A DNA stretch of 42,413 nt. It comes from Macrostomum lignano. Lineage: Eukaryota. The DNA is taken from contig NIVC01003553.1 of the NCBI GenBank assembly GCA_002269645.1, positions 1 through 42,413 on the forward strand. The letters are read 5' to 3'. Under the pieces are notes generated by a model. The model was not told the origin of the DNA. It did no database searches and saw only the letters and a list, made by a program, of their open reading frames with translations. Positions 22,820-33,480 of the stretch are shown piece by piece. How positions within the stretch are numbered: position 1 is the stretch's first letter; each line of letters starts with the position of its first letter. The position numbers and the translations under genes were made by a program.

Positions 22820-22915
22820 TCAGCAGGTGGACCTGATCACATGATACTGACGCAGCGTGATTCGCAGAGAGCCCAGCTCCCTGTCAATACTGTCCAATCG
22901 TTTCTCCAGCCGTTC
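22820..22915 (-). CDS. MPHOSPH9: MPHOSPH9-like protein, exon 8 of 8 (ERLEKRLDSIDRELGSLRITLRQYHVIRSTC*)
   Basis: Acceptor TTTTTCGCAG|, phase 0. Closely resembles the remembered MPHOSPH9 C-terminus LEDRLERINRELGSVRMTLKKFHVLRT. Confidence 0.88.
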   Translation of the reverse strand, partial: ERLEKRLDSIDRELGSLRITLRQYHVIRSTC

Positions 22916-23044
22916 CTGCGAAAAATTCAGTGCTTAGGATTAGCATTTGCTACTGTGAGTAATATATGCGAGTAGCTAGCGAAACAAGCAAACTAAGAGG
23001 CAGGTAATGACACTCTGGAAACAACGCATGATTCTAACCTGACC

Positions 23045-23515
23045 CAGGAATCTACGCCTGACACCAAGCTATCTGACACCCCGGAATCTATGCCTGACAC
23101 CAAGCTATCTGACACCCCGGAATCTATGCCTGACACCAAGCTATCTGACACCCCGGAATCTATGCCTGACACCAAGCTATCTGACACCCCGGAATCTATG
23201 CTTGACACCAAGCTACCTGCACCCCGGAATCTATGCCTGACACCAAGCTATCTGACACCCCGGAATCTATGCCTGACACTAAGCTATCTGAATCTGACAC
23301 CCGGAATCTATGCCTGACGCCAAGCTATCTGACACCCCGGAATCTATGCCTGACACCAAGCTATCTGACACCCCGGAATCTATGCCTGACACCAAGCTAT
23401 CTGACACCCCGGAATCTATGCCTGACACCAAGCTATCTGACACCCCGGAATCTATGCCTGACACCAAGCTATCTGACACCCCGGAATCTACGCCTGACAC
23501 CAAGCTGACACTCTG
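23045..23515. repeat. Intronic 36-bp minisatellite CTATCTGACACCCCGGAATCTATGCCTGACACCAAG
   Basis: About 13 copies. The unit is itself two related CTGACACC halves. Confidence 0.96.
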
Positions 23516-23863
23516 GAATTTACGCATTATGCCAGGCTGACACTGCATTCCTACATGATTATAATAATTGATACTAAAAGCGACTATAGCTTAAATACAT
23601 AGTCTAAATACTCTTAAAGCAACTAACTACTGGTTAAAGTAGGCAGATTTCTTTTTTGCAGTACTGCCTCTAGTTTTAACAGTCTTTAGCTGATTCTGAT
23701 TGCTTCGATGTTTCTTGCTGTTGCTGCTTTTGCTGCTACGGCGGCAGCGCTGCGAACCCGTTGAGTCCTCAGACACCTTGTGAATAGACGCATTTTTTGT
23801 ATAGAAACAGCCTTTACTCAGCAGTTAAAACGGCCCATTTCAGAACAGCAGCCACCTACTCAC

Positions 23864-24236
23864 CTTGTCCTCGCGACTCTGCCGGCCGTACTTGGCCGAC
23901 CCGACGCTCGGCACGTGATTGAGCGCCGTCTCTACCCGTCGCTTTTCCAACTGCAGCTGATCGTAGCGCTGCTCCAGGGTTCGAATCTCAGCCAGCTGGG
24001 CGTCCCTGTCCCAGGCTGGGGCGCCGCCAGCGCCACCGCCGCCACCGCCCATACTGTCTCTCGCCTGCGGCAGGCTGTCAATCAGCTGACGCCGTTCCAG
24101 ATCGGCCAGAGACTGGCGAAGCGCCTCCGTTGGACTGCGGCGGCCGTCGCTGCCCAGAACGGAGTCCAGACCGGCGGAGAAGCGGGACTGCTCAGGAGCC
24201 TGCTCTTCGCTCCAGTCACCGGATAGGGAGTGAGAC
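23864..24236 (-). CDS. MPHOSPH9: MPHOSPH9-like protein, exon 7
   Basis: Acceptor CTCCCAG| (phase 2), donor AAG|GTGAGT (phase 0). EQRYDQLQLEKRRVETALNHVP resembles MPHOSPH9 ERFFDELTKEKDQIEAALSRMP. Confidence 0.88.
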
Positions 24237-24254
24237 CTGGGAGCAGCGGGGTTA

Positions 24255-26820
24255 GAGAGGGATCTCAGATAGTCAGTGGATTAAGAGGGGATCTCAAATC
24301 GGTCAGTGGATTAGGAGGGGATCTCATCTGTCAGTGGACTGAGAGGGATTTCAGATCAGTCAGTGGATTAAGAGGGGATCTTAGATCTGTTAGTGGATTA
24401 AGAGGGGATCTCAGATCGTCAGTGGATTAAGAGGGGATCTCAGATCGTCAGTGGATTAAGAGGGGATCTCTCAGATCTGTTAGTGGATTAAGAGGGGATC
24501 TCAGATCTGTTAGTGGATTAAGAGGGGATCTCAGATCTGTCAGTGGATTAAGAGGGGATCTCAGATCTGTCAGTGGATTAAGAGGGGATCTCAGATCTGT
24601 TAGTGGATTAAGAGGGGATCTCAGATCTGTTAGTGGATTAAGAGGGGATCTCAGATCTGTCAGTGGACTGAGAGGGGATCTGAGATCAGTCAGTAGCTTA
24701 AGAGGGGATCTCAGATCTGTTAGTGGATTAAGAGGGGATCTCAGATCTGTTAGTGGATTAAGAGGGGATCTCAGATCTGTCAGTGGATTAAGAGGGGATC
24801 TCAGATCTGTCAGTGGATTAAGAGGGGATCTCAGATCTGTCAGTGGATTAAGAGGGGATCTCAGATCTGTCAGTAGCTTAAGAGGGGATCTCAGATCTGT
24901 CAGTGGATTAAGAGGGGATCTCAGATCTGTTAGTGGATTAAGAGGGGATCTCAGATCTGTTAGTGGATTAAGAGGGGATCTCAGATCTGTCAGTGGACTG
25001 AGAGGGGATATGAGATCAGTCAGTAGCTTAAGAGGGGATCTCAGATCTGTCAGTGGATTAGGAGGGGATCTCAGATCTGTCAGTGGATTAAGAGGGGATC
25101 TCAGATCTGTCAGTGGATTAAGAGGGGATCTCAGATCTGTTAGTGGATTAAGAGGGGATCTTAGATCTGTTAGTGGATTAAGAGGGGATCTCAGATCTGT
25201 CAGTGGACTGAGAGGGGATATGAGATCAGTCAGTAGCTTAAGAGGGGATCTCAGATCTGTCAGTGGATTAGGAGGGGATCTCAGATCTGTCAGTAGCTTA
25301 AGAGGGGATCTCAGATCTGTCAGTGGATTAAGAGGGGATCTCAGATCTGTCAGTGGATTAAGAGGGGATCTCAGATCTGTCAGTGGATTAAGAGGGGATC
25401 TCAGATCTGTCAGTGGATTAAGAGGGGATCTCAGATCTGTCAGTGGATTAAGAGGGGATCTCAGATCTGTCAGTGGATTAAGAGGGGATCTCAGATCTGT
25501 TAGTGGATTAAGAGGGGATTTCAGATCTGTCAGTGGATTAAGAGGGGATCTCAGATCTGTTAGTGGATTAAGAGGGGATCTCAGATCTGTCAGTGGACTG
25601 AGAGGGGATATGAGATCAGTCAGTAGCTTAAGAGGGGATCTCAGATCTGTCAGTGGATTAGGAGGGGATCTCAGATCTGTCAGTAGCTTAAGAGGGGATC
25701 TCAGATCTGTCAGTGGATTAAGAGGGGATCTCAGATCTGTCAGTGGATTAAGAGGGGATCTCAGATCTGTCAGTGGATTAAGAGGGGATTTCAGATCTGT
25801 CAGTGGATTAAGAGGGGATCTCAGATCTGTTAGTGGATTAAGAGGGGATTTCAGATCTGTCAGTGGATTAAGAGGGGATCTCAGATCTGTTAGTGGATTA
25901 AGAGGGGATCTCAGATCTGTCAGTGGACTGAGAGGGGATCTCAGATCTGTCAGTGGATTAAGAGGGGATCTCAGATCTGTTAGTGGATTAAGAGGGGATC
26001 TCAGATCTGTCAGTGGACTGAGAGGGGATCTCAGATCTGTCAGTGGATTAAGAGGGGATCTCAGATCTGTCAGTGGATTAAGAGGGGATCTCAGATCTGT
26101 CAGTGGATTAAGAGGGGATCTCAGATCTGTCAGTGGATTAAGAGGGGATCTCAGATCTGTCAGTGGATTAAGAGGGGATCTCAGATCTGTCAGTGGATTA
26201 AGAGGGGATCTCAGATCTGTTAGTGGATTAAGAGGGGATTTCAGATCTGTTAGTGGATTAAGAGGGGATCTCAGATCTGTCAGTGGACTGAGAGGGGATA
26301 TGAGATCAGTCAGTAGCTTAAGAGGGGATCTCAGATCTGTCAGTGGATTAGGAGGGGATCTCAGATCTGTCAGTAGCTTAAGAGGGGATCTCAGATCTGT
26401 CAGTGGATTAAGAGGGGATCTCAGATCTGTCAGAGGACTGAGAGGGGATCTCAGATCGGTCAGTAGACTGGGGGGGGATCTCAGATCTGTTAGTGGATTA
26501 AGAGGGGATCTCAGATCTGTCAGTGGATTAAGAGGGGATCTCAGATCTGTCAGTGGATTAAGAGGGGATCTCAGATCTGTTAGTGGATTAAGAGGGGATC
26601 TCAGATCTGTCAGTGGATTAAGAGGGGATCTCAGATCTGTTAGTGGATTAAGAGGGGATCTCAGATCTGTCAGTGGATTAGGAGGGGATCCCAGATTAGT
26701 CAGTAGCTTAAGAGGGGATCTCAGATCTGTCAGTGGATTAAGAGGGGATCTCAGATCTGTCAGAGGACTGAGAGGGGATCTCAGATCGGTCAGTAGACTG
26801 GGGGGGATCTCAGATCTGTC
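24255..26820. repeat. Intronic 30-bp minisatellite GATCTCAGATCTGTCAGTGGATTAAGAGGG
   Basis: About 85 copies, with variant blocks (GACTGAGAGGGGATATGAGATCAGTCAGTAGCTTA) recurring at 24991, 25201, 25591 and 26281. Confidence 0.98.
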
Positions 26821-26850
26821 GGTGTACAGTGAAGGAGTCAAGCGACTCAC

Positions 26851-27368
26851 CCGACGCCCCGCTCCCTGTTCCGCAGAAACATTCTCTCCGACTCTGCCGC
26901 GGCCAGCCGGCGCCTCAGCTTGTCAGTCTCGGCGCGGGCCTCCGTCAGCCTGGCGCGCAGCCGTTCAGACTCGGCGCGCTCCCTGGCCAGCGCCGTTGCG
27001 TGCTCGCGCCGCACCGAGGCGACGCCTTCGGCGGCTTCTTTTAACGCCGCGTGCGCAGCCTCCAGCTGGTGGCGCAGCTCCGCAGCGCGCGACGCTTCCG
27101 CCCGCGCCTCGCGCAGCTCGCGCAGGAGATGGCGCCGCTCCTCGTCAAACGCAGCGGCGGCGTTGGCGCCATCCTGACGCTCACCGGCGCCCAATCTTGA
27201 CGACGCCGACGGATGGTTGCGGCGCCTCCGGCTGACGGCTGCGACCTCAGCGTCGAAGTTGTCGACGGCTTCGGCCGGGCTGAGCTGGTGCAGCAGCGAC
27301 AGCGGCGGGGGTTCGCTGCCGCCGCGCACGCTTGGAGGCGACGCGGCTGAAGCCACGGCCGCGGAAAC
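26851..27368 (-). CDS. MPHOSPH9: MPHOSPH9-like protein, exon 6 (coiled coil)
   Basis: Acceptor CACCGCAG| (phase 0), donor GG|GTGAGT (phase 2, matching exon 7). E/R/A/L-rich heptads. Confidence 0.85.
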
Positions 27369-27446
27369 CTGCGGTGCGGGGAGTTTAGCAGAGGTACAAA
27401 AAATAATAATCCTACACTAAAATGCTACTTGTAGTAGCAAACGCAC

Positions 27447-27562
27447 CGGTGACGCAGACGAGTGGCCATTGTACCGCCTATTGGCGCCGCGCCCGACGCG
27501 GCTTTTGAAGTCTCCGTGCTCTGCCAGATCGTCGAAGGAATGTTGATCGACTGCGTAATGAC
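27447..27562 (-). CDS. MPHOSPH9: MPHOSPH9-like protein, exon 5
   Basis: Acceptor CTTGCCAG| (phase 1), donor CCG|GTGCGT (phase 0). A 78-bp intron separates it from exon 6. Confidence 0.78.
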
Positions 27563-27629
27563 CTGGCAAGGTGGAATCGAACCAAGGCTCTCGAATAAGA
27601 TGGAGAAACAAGTTGATTAAAATTCAATA

Positions 27630-27880
27630 AGAATCCCAAATCCCCAACCATGGCTCACAAATCCCAGATTAAATAAAAATCCCAAATCCACCCCGAATCC
27701 CAGATTCAATAAAAATCCCAAATCCACCCCAAATCCCAGATTCAATACGACTCTCAAATCCCTAACTCCCCGATTCAATACGACTCCAAAATCCCCAAAA
27801 TCTCAGATTCAATACGACTCTCAAATCCCAAAATCCCTGATTCGATACGACTCAAAAATCCCCAAAATCCCAGATCCCTA
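27630..27880. repeat. Degenerate intronic array AATCCCAGATTCAATACGACTC / AAATCCC
   Basis: About 7 imperfect 30-35-bp units. Confidence 0.8.
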
Positions 27881-27919
27881 ACTGCCCGAACAGCACAGAT
27901 CCCCAGTGCAGATGCTCAC

Positions 27920-28438
27920 CGCCATTAGCAGCCGCAGCTTCTCCCCGCTCTGTGGGGCTGCAGCCCAGCAGGACGCTCTGGTTAAAATAGTCGCTGGTCT
28001 CCTGCTGGTATCGCCGAATGCGGTCGCTGACCCCGGCCAGACGCTCGTGAGTGCTGCGAACGAGGGGTCAATGCCCTCCTCATAGCCGTCAGAGTCCGGA
28101 GCGACCTGCGCAAATGGAGCAGGATCAGCCACCCGATGGCGGTACGGCGGCTGCCGCTGCTGCTGACGTGGCCGCGGCTGCGGGGGCGGCAGCGGCGGCT
28201 GCTGCTGCTGCTGCTCTTCAATGGAGGCGCGAGACAGCCGCTGGCGAACGTCATCTAACAGACGGAGCTCCTCGGAAGTCAGGGTCGACGGCAGAACTCG
28301 GTGCTGACCAACGGCGGAAGTGGAAGCGGCGCCTTGGCGGGAGGACAGCATCTCGGCTGGCAGGTAAGACCGGACACTGTTGTCCGGGCGCAGGTTCAGC
28401 GCCATGTGGATCGGGTTGTCCAGAGTCAGGCGGGACGG
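27920..28438 (-). CDS. MPHOSPH9: MPHOSPH9-like protein, exon 4, with an apparent 1-nt deletion at the G-run 28064-28067
   Basis: Acceptor TTTACCCGCAG| (phase 0), donor G|GTGAGC. One extra base gives ...EEGIDPLVRSTHERLAGVSDRIRRYQQETSDYF... and the phase 1 needed for exon 5. Confidence 0.72.
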
Positions 28439-28449
28439 CTGCGGGTAAA

Positions 28450-30320
28450 GCAGTAGGCCCTTTGGGTCAGAGTGGGTGTGCAGTAGGCTCTTTGGGTCAG
28501 AGTGGGTGTGCAGTAGGCCCTTTGGGTCAGAGTGGGTGTGCAGTAGGCCCTTTGGGTCAGAGTGGGTGTGCAGTAGGCCCTTTGTGTCAGAGTGGGTGTG
28601 CAGTAGGCCCTTTGGGTCAGAGTGGGTGTGCAGTAGGCCCTTTGGGTCAGAGTGGGTGTGCAGTAGGCTCTTTGGGTCAGAGTGGGTGTGCAGTAGGCCC
28701 TTTGTGTCAGAGTGGGTGTGCAGTAGGCCCTTTGGGTCAGAGTGGGTGTGCAGTAGGCCCTTTGGGTCAGAGTGGGTGTGCAGTAGGCCCTTTGGGTCAG
28801 AGTGGGTGTGCAGTAGGCCCTTTGGGTCAGAGTGGGTGTGCAGTAGGCCCTTTGGGTCAGAGTGGGTGTGCAGTAGGCCCTTTGGGTCAGAGTGGGTGTG
28901 CAGTAGGCCCTTTGGGTCAGAGTGGGTGTGCAGTAGGCCCTTTGGGTCAGAGTGGGTGTGCAGTAGGCCCTTTGGGTCAGAGTGGGTGTGCAGTAGGCCC
29001 TATGGGTCAGAGTGGGTGTGCAGTAGGCCCTTTGTGTCAGAGTGGGTGTGCAGTAGGCCCTTTGGGTCAGAGTGGGTGTGCAGTAGGCCCTTTGGGTCAG
29101 AGTGGGTGTGCAGTAGGCTCTTTGGGTCAGAGTGGGTGTGCAGTAGGCCCTTTGGGTCAGAGTGGCTGTGCAGTAGGCTCTTTGGGTCAGAGTGGGTGTG
29201 CAGTAGGCCCTATGGGTCAGAGTGGGTGTGCAGTAGGCTCTTTGGGTCAGAGTGGGTGTGCAGTAGGCTCTTTGAGTCAGAGTGGGTGTGCAGTAGGCCC
29301 TTTGGGTCAGAGTGGGTGTGCAGTAGGCCCTTTGGGTCAGAGTGGGTGTGCAGTAGGCCCTTTGGGTCAGAGTGGGTGTGCAGTAGGCTCTTTGGGTCAG
29401 AGTGGGTGTGCAGTAGGCCCTTTGGGTCAGAGTGGGTGTGCAGTAGGCCCTTTGGGTCAGAGTGGGTGTGCAGTAGGCCCTATGGGTCAGAGTGGGTGTG
29501 CAGTAGGCTCTTTGGGTCAGAGTGGGTGTGCAGTAGGCCCTTTGGGTCAGAGTGGGTGTGCAGTAGGCCCTTTGGGTCAGAGTGGGTGTGCAGTAGGCCC
29601 TATGGGTCAGAGTGGGTGTGCAGTAGGCTCTTTGGGTCAGAATGGGTGTGCAGTAGGCCCTTTGGGTCAGAGTGGGTGTGCAGTAGGCCCTATGGGTCAG
29701 AGTGGGTGTGCAGTAGGCTCTTTGGGTCAGAGTGGGTGTGCAGTAGGCCCTTTGGGTCAGAGTGGGTGTGCAGTAGGCCCTTTGGGTCAGAGTGGGTGTG
29801 CAGTAGGCCCTTTGGGTCAGAGTGGGTGTGCAGTAGGCTCTTTGGGTCAGAGTGGGTGTGCAGTAGGCTCTTTGGGTCAGAGTGGGTGTGCAGTAGGCTC
29901 TTTGAGTCAGAATGGGTGTGCAGTAGGCTCTTTGGGTCAGAGTGGGTGTGCAGTAGGCTCTTTGGGTCAGAGTGGGTGTGCAGTAGGCCCTTTGGGTCAG
30001 AGTGGGTGTGCAGTAGGCCCTTTGGGTCAGAGTGGGTGTGCAGTAGGCCCTTTGGGTCAGAGTGGGTGTGCAGTAGGCCCTATGGGTCAGAGTGGGTGTG
30101 CAGTAGGCTCTTTGGGTCAGAGTGGGTGTGCAGTAGGCCCTTTGGGTCAGAGTGGGTGTGCAGTAGGCTCTTTGGGTCAGAGTGGGTGTGCAGTAGGCTC
30201 TTTGGGTCAGAGTGGGTGTGCAGTAGGCTCTTTGAGTCAGTGGGTGGCAGTAGGCTCTTTGGGTCAGAGTGGGTGTGCAGTAGGCTCTTTGGGTCAGAGT
30301 GGGTGTGCAGTAGGCTCTTG
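28450..30320. repeat. Intronic 30-bp minisatellite CAGTAGGCCCTTTGGGTCAGAGTGGGTGTG
   Basis: About 62 highly homogeneous copies. Confidence 0.98.
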
Positions 30321-30391
30321 GATTTGTATGGGCGTGCAGCAGACGTGTTGACGCGCAATGGGTAGTCAGTGCCGATCCCCAAACTTCTCAC

Positions 30392-30499
30392 CCTGTCTTC
30401 GCCAGCCGCGGAGTCTCCCGCAGGCAGCCCCTGCTGCCGTCGGGCCAGCCGCTGGTCCAGCTGGCGCTTCTCCTCGGCCAGCTCGCGACGAAGATTTGA
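30392..30499 (-). CDS. MPHOSPH9: MPHOSPH9-like protein, exon 3 (SNLRRELAEEKRQLDQRLARR...)
   Basis: Acceptor CCCTGACCGCAG|, donor AGG|GTGAGA. 108 bp, phase 0/0. Confidence 0.82.
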
Positions 30500-30600
30500 C
30501 TGCGGTCAGGGAGGGGGCAATGCCTCAAGTACATAAGTGCGACACCCGGGAAAGTGATGGAAAACCAGATAATTCACGCCTCCCTCATCAGTGGACGCAC

Positions 30601-30684
30601 CTGCAGCTGATCTAGTTCGCGTCTGTGATTGTCCAACTGGCGATCGGCCTCATCACGGCTGTGTGACTGGCTGTCACGCTGGTC
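30601..30684 (-). CDS. MPHOSPH9: MPHOSPH9-like protein, exon 2 (DQRDSQSHSRDEADRQLDNHRRELDQLQ)
   Basis: Acceptor ATACCCGCAG|, donor CAG|GTGCGT. 84 bp, phase 0/0; a 101-bp intron follows. Confidence 0.8.
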
Positions 30685-30697
30685 CTGCGGGTATCAG

Positions 30698-31105
30698 GAT
30701 CATGCAGATATATTCTAGAGTGTCAGGATTGGGTCATGCAGATAGATTCCCGGCTGTCAGGTTTGGGTCATGCAGATCGATTCTAGAGTGTCAGGATTGG
30801 GTCATGCAGATAGATTCCCGGGTGTCAGGTTTGGGTCATGCAGATCGATTCTAGAGTGTCAGGATTGGGTCTTGCAGATAGATTACTGGGTGTCAGGATT
30901 GGGTCATGCAGATCGATTCCAGGGTGTCAGGATTGGGTCATGCAGATCGATTCCAGGGTGTCAGGTTTGGGTCATGCAGATAGATTCTAGGGTGTCAGGT
31001 TTGGGTCATGCAGGTAGATTTCAGGGTGTCAGGTTTGGGTCATGCAGGTAGATTATAGGGTGTCAGGTTTAGGTCATGCATATGTTCCAGGGTGTTAGAT
31101 TCGGG
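30698..31105. repeat. Intronic about 34-bp minisatellite GGGTCATGCAGATAGATTCTAGGGTGTCAGGTTT
   Basis: About 12 copies. Confidence 0.94.
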
Positions 31106-31150
31106 TCATGCACAGTCCATCAAATAGCCATAAGCCAAAAGCCAACTCAC

Positions 31151-31594
31151 TCTATCAGACGAGTCAGTCTGCTGCCGAAGACTCTCTGACAATTGCTGCA
31201 ACAGAGCAGCTCCATTCTCGTCTTCATCATCCTCTTGATCTCCATCTTCGTTGCCGTGGTCATCCTCCTGCTCGGCTTGATGAGGCTCCTCATCACAAAC
31301 TCCCCGGTTCACTTCAGCATCTTCATCTGCTTGCTGAGCAGCATCGGCTCCATTCTGAGGAGGAGGCTGGGACTCCTCAAGATGGTCTTCTGCATCATCC
31401 TCTACATCAGAGGCGATAGGGGAAGGTGCTTCAACTACTGGCATTGGCGGAGGCACTTGGCCAGTTTGGCCTTCATTTGCTGCCTCATCTGGCGCAGCAG
31501 CCTCCTCTGAGCTTGGGGCAGCAACTTCTGTTTCTGCATCAACCAAATCTGAATTACTGTTGGCTGCCTCATCCTCCATAATGGGATCTTGCAT
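31151..31594 (-). CDS. MPHOSPH9: MPHOSPH9-like protein, exon 1 (acidic, disordered N-terminus); true start uncertain (ATG 31594 or 31579)
   Basis: Open D/E-rich frame and donor AGA|GTGAGT (phase 0). Linked to the downstream exons by phase only. Confidence 0.7.
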
Positions 31595-31973
31595 GCATTG
31601 GTTTCAGATTATTAGAAATACAGTAGCTAATAGGTATGGCATAATAGCATTGGCTGCAAATGGCAATGCTTCTATTTCTAAAAGTGAATTAGAAATTAAG
31701 CATATTTGTATAGGTCCCAGGGGCAAACTCTGGCCTACTGGGCCACATGCAGCCTACCAAGCCTCTATCTGGCCCTTAGGTCCTTTGAAACTTCACAATA
31801 GCAATCTGGCCCACTTTAAGGTTTGTCCTTTCCTTTTAGCCTATAGCTTTTTATTAGTTTTTTATCTAGCAAATTAAAGTAAAATAATTGGACTTTATAG
31901 GCTAGTATTATAAGTAGCTAAATAGTGACAATTATTTTACCAATGCTAACTAATTAACTAAGCATACATGTGC

Positions 31974-32605
31974 AACCTTGGGAATCACCCAGCCATTTCT
32001 ATTGGCAACACATATATATAAGTTGCTATTGGCTGAGAGCAGTCACATGACTACTATTCTATCCAATAGCAACTTATATATGTTGCCAATAGACCAGGAT
32101 GGAATTCTTGCATGAAAATTGCAAAGCGCTTTTGCGTTCGGGAAAAAATTGTGAAAAATTAATCAATGCAAAAAAAAATTGCACACCTGTATAGGCTGCA
32201 AAAAATGCGAAAAAATTGCGAATTCTTTTGCGACTGTTTGCATAGTTTAAATTACTGACTTTACTGTATTAAATGTAGACGAATTACTACAAAAACGTAA
32301 CATTTATAGTTTGTTTTTATGAACTGTTCAAATTTAATTTTTTTTACTTCAAAAAACAAAGATAATCAGTCTAATATATATTGTAATGAGTCGTCAAAAA
32401 ATGAAAGTATGAGACTATCCCGAAACATTTTTTTGACAATTGGTAATGCCAAAAATTGCGCCACTAAATTTTGTTTAAGATTGTAAAAATTGCATTTGGT
32501 TCAATATGGAATTGCGCACCAAAAAAGTCACAATTTTCCGTTTTATATGCCAGATGCAAGAATTCCATGCTGGCCAATAGAAATGGCCAAGTGAATCCCA
32601 AGGTT
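31974..32605. mobile_element. Non-autonomous TIR (MITE-like) element; left TIR interrupted by an 88-bp hairpin
   Basis: The reverse complement of 32554-32605 (AACCTTGGGATTCACTTGGCCATTTCTATTGG|CCAGCATGGAATTCTTGCAT) matches 31974-32004 plus 32093-32112. No TSD identified. Confidence 0.65.
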
Positions 32606-33159
32606 AGGCCCAAGCATATAACTAAGTAAGCACTAAAAACAATTATTATAATATTATTATATTTATTATTACATAAAATATATATATTGTTGTTTCTAGC
32701 CACTTCTGCATTTCAGTAATGGCCACTTTGGTAATAAGTAATTACTATTTTAATAAATCACTTTGGTAATAAGCCCAATAGTCAATACTAAAATAGCCAC
32801 ATTGTCAACTTCAGTTAAAATGATTATTCCAATTGTCATAATTTAAAAATTAAAAATAATAGATAAACAATGATTAGTGGCTTATACTCTAAATCAGATG
32901 CAATAATAGAATAAAATACAAGATTTTACAGTTTAAAGTTGCTATATACAATACAATATATCAATGCATACAAACAATAACTATTAGGCCAAGTTTCGAA
33001 CCTTCATATATATTGAAGCCAGTTAAGTTCATTTAGAACTAGCACGTTTAATTAATGAAAATCTGAGTCAAACGAAGCTCTGAAGTCAGCATAGATTAGA
33101 TCGTGACTAACCTATATAACTAAACCTGAAAAGTTTCTATCTATGTACGTTATCTATAA

Positions 33160-33480
33160 ATCTATACACTAATTTTGCACTGTTTGTCTGTGTGTCTGTC
33201 TGCCTGTCTGTCTGTCGTTAATTTTTTCGAGTACCGTCTGGCCGATTTTTTCATTTAGCAAATTATAAAATTGTGGACAGTTATTTTGAAAATGTGGTAA
33301 AGCTGAAATTTCTGGAAATTTCGAGATATGTGTCAAATGTATTGTTTAAACGCCTTTATTTTAAAAATAAAATATATATTTAAACTAGCTGTCGAGAGTT
33401 TTCAATTCTAGCAAAATGGTTTGCTTAAGTGCTTGTATTTTTTGTTTTATTTGATGAGCCCTTACTTTTAACACCCGGCG
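33160..33480 (+). mobile_element. Possible non-autonomous Helitron/DINE-like remnant
   Basis: A^TCTATAC start, TGTC microsatellite and CCGATTTT motif. No clear 3' hairpin/CTAG pair. Confidence 0.3.

Noticed and set aside
24448-27235. 800-aa and 741-aa ORFs (LTDLRSPLNP / SGLRGDLRSV repeats)
   Set aside because: Stop-free frames of a 30-bp array lying inside a phase-matched GT-AG intron of the MPHOSPH9-like gene.
28051-30391. 766-aa and 629-aa Cys-rich repeat ORFs
   Set aside because: Artefacts of a 30-bp intronic array, antisense to the real gene.
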